From an uncultured virus (IMG/VR IMGVR_UViG_3300033571_018919) (taxonomy: Duplodnaviria; Heunggongvirae; Uroviricota; Caudoviricetes): 64,000 bases of DNA. The notes below the pieces were generated by a model, which did no database searches, had not been told where the DNA came from, and saw only the letters and a list, made by a program, of their open reading frames with translations. Location of the stretch: positions 62,001 to 126,000 of the IMG/VR virus record IMGVR_UViG_3300033571_018919; one strand, written 5' to 3'. Positions 63,493-64,000 of this stretch are shown here, piece by piece (the stretch's first letter is position 1; every line of letters starts with the position of its first letter). The translations under genes and the position numbers were made by a program.

Positions 63493-63570
63493 ACCCTGAT
63501 GGCGAAATTGGTAGACGCACCAGTTTAAGGTACTGGATTGTTGAGAGTTCGAGTCTCTCTCAGGGCACCA
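63493..63570 (+). tRNA. tRNA-Leu(AAG), atypical (short variable region, A1:C72)
   Basis: Leu-type D-arm GCGAAATTGGTAGACGC, anticodon arm CCAGT-TTAAGGT-ACTGG, T-arm GAGAG-TTCGAGT-CTCTC, A73 CCA. Confidence 0.75.
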
Positions 63571-63572
63571 AT

Positions 63573-63648
63573 GCCGTTCAAGCTAACCAAGTGGAAGCGT
63601 CTGTCTGAAGAACAGAATGGCCTGGAGCGTTACCAGGGGTCGGCACCA
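63573..63648 (+). tRNA. tRNA-Phe(GAA), atypical T-loop
   Basis: Anticodon arm TCTGT-CTGAAGA-ACAGA; T-arm CCTGG-AGCGTTA-CCAGG; acceptor GCCGTTC/GGTCGGC; CCA. Confidence 0.7.
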
Positions 63649-63652
63649 ATTT

Positions 63653-63681
63653 TTGACAAATATTAAATTATTTGTTATACT
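63653..63681 (+). promoter_or_regulatory. Near-consensus sigma70 promoter directly before tRNA-Arg(CCG)
   Basis: TTGACA-17 nt-TATACT. Confidence 0.75.
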
Positions 63682-63685
63682 TGAT

Positions 63686-63760
63686 GAGTCCTTAGTCTAA
63701 TGGATAAGATACTGCATTCCGATTGCATTGATGCAGGTTCGATTCCTGCAGGACTTACCA
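63686..63760 (+). tRNA. tRNA-Arg(CCG)
   Basis: Acceptor GAGTCCT/AGGACTT, anticodon loop TTCCGAT, T-arm GCAGG-TTCGATT-CCTGC, CCA. Confidence 0.85.
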
Positions 63761-63792
63761 AAAGTAAATACTATTTTATATAGGAGATTAAA

Positions 63793-64000
63793 ATGTCTGT
63801 CTTAGCTTTGGATATCACAGGAATCCCTAGACAATGGGTTTCAAACGATATTGCAATCACTTACCATGCAAAAGAGATGGTAGCATGGAGTATTGGTGAA
63901 ATTGTTGCACGTTATCGTGGTGGCATTCAAAATAATGGCAAAATGAGTTATCTTGAAACTCCTAGTATTATTGCCATTAAAGGACATGGTTTTGATCCTA
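63793..64000 (+). CDS. N-terminus of a probable HNH endonuclease-family protein (runs off the window)
   Basis: MSVLALDITGIPRQWVS...VAWSIG...RGG...PSIIAIKG resembles the N-terminal region of HNH proteins; SD AGGAG; the HNH motif itself is not in the window. Confidence 0.6.
   Translation, partial: MSVLALDITGIPRQWVSNDIAITYHAKEMVAWSIGEIVARYRGGIQNNGKMSYLETPSIIAIKGHGFDP

Noticed and set aside
62728..63608. ORF-track entries 62728-62916, 63411-63608 and the 5' extension 63107-63175
   Set aside because: They run through clear tRNA genes; only 63176-63328 is kept as a CDS
1..64000. Cellular (bacterial) or eukaryotic giant-virus origin
   Set aside because: PAAR, SleB, T4-type late motifs, SD-led coupled operons, bacterial-type tRNAs with CCA, and isolated iscU/iscA/pqqA without their usual operon partners fit a large bacteriophage better; not proven, since no capsid or terminase gene is in the window

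Overview
AT-rich, gene-dense window that reads as part of a large T4-like (jumbo) tailed phage genome, standard genetic code. Support: class Ia ribonucleotide reductase, glutaredoxin, PAAR spike protein, SleB-type hydrolase, TATAAATA/TAAATA late-promoter motifs and a tRNA array. Left to right: (1) a 4525-aa RCC1-repeat protein with five inserted LamG-like domains, whose first blade seems to continue from the upstream gene; (2) a glycosyl/methyltransferase cassette with split ADP-heptose (RfaE/HldE-type) enzymes; (3) nrdA-ORF-nrdB-grx, PAAR, a putative structural protein, SleB, iscU and iscA; (4) a roughly 31 kb tailoring-enzyme island with 13 radical SAM proteins (3 cobalamin-binding type, 2 Tes/MJ0619-like), 6 Fe(II)/2OG-type oxygenases, PLP enzymes, methyltransferases, kinase-like proteins and a QueC-like ATPase, arranged in cassettes that mostly start with TAAATA-N4-5-start codon and no Shine-Dalgarno; (5) a structured-RNA region and eight tRNAs, among which lies a 23-aa PqqA (PQQ precursor peptide) gene with its own promoter, RBS and terminator that the ORF track missed. 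All family assignments come from motif recognition by eye; no database searches were run.
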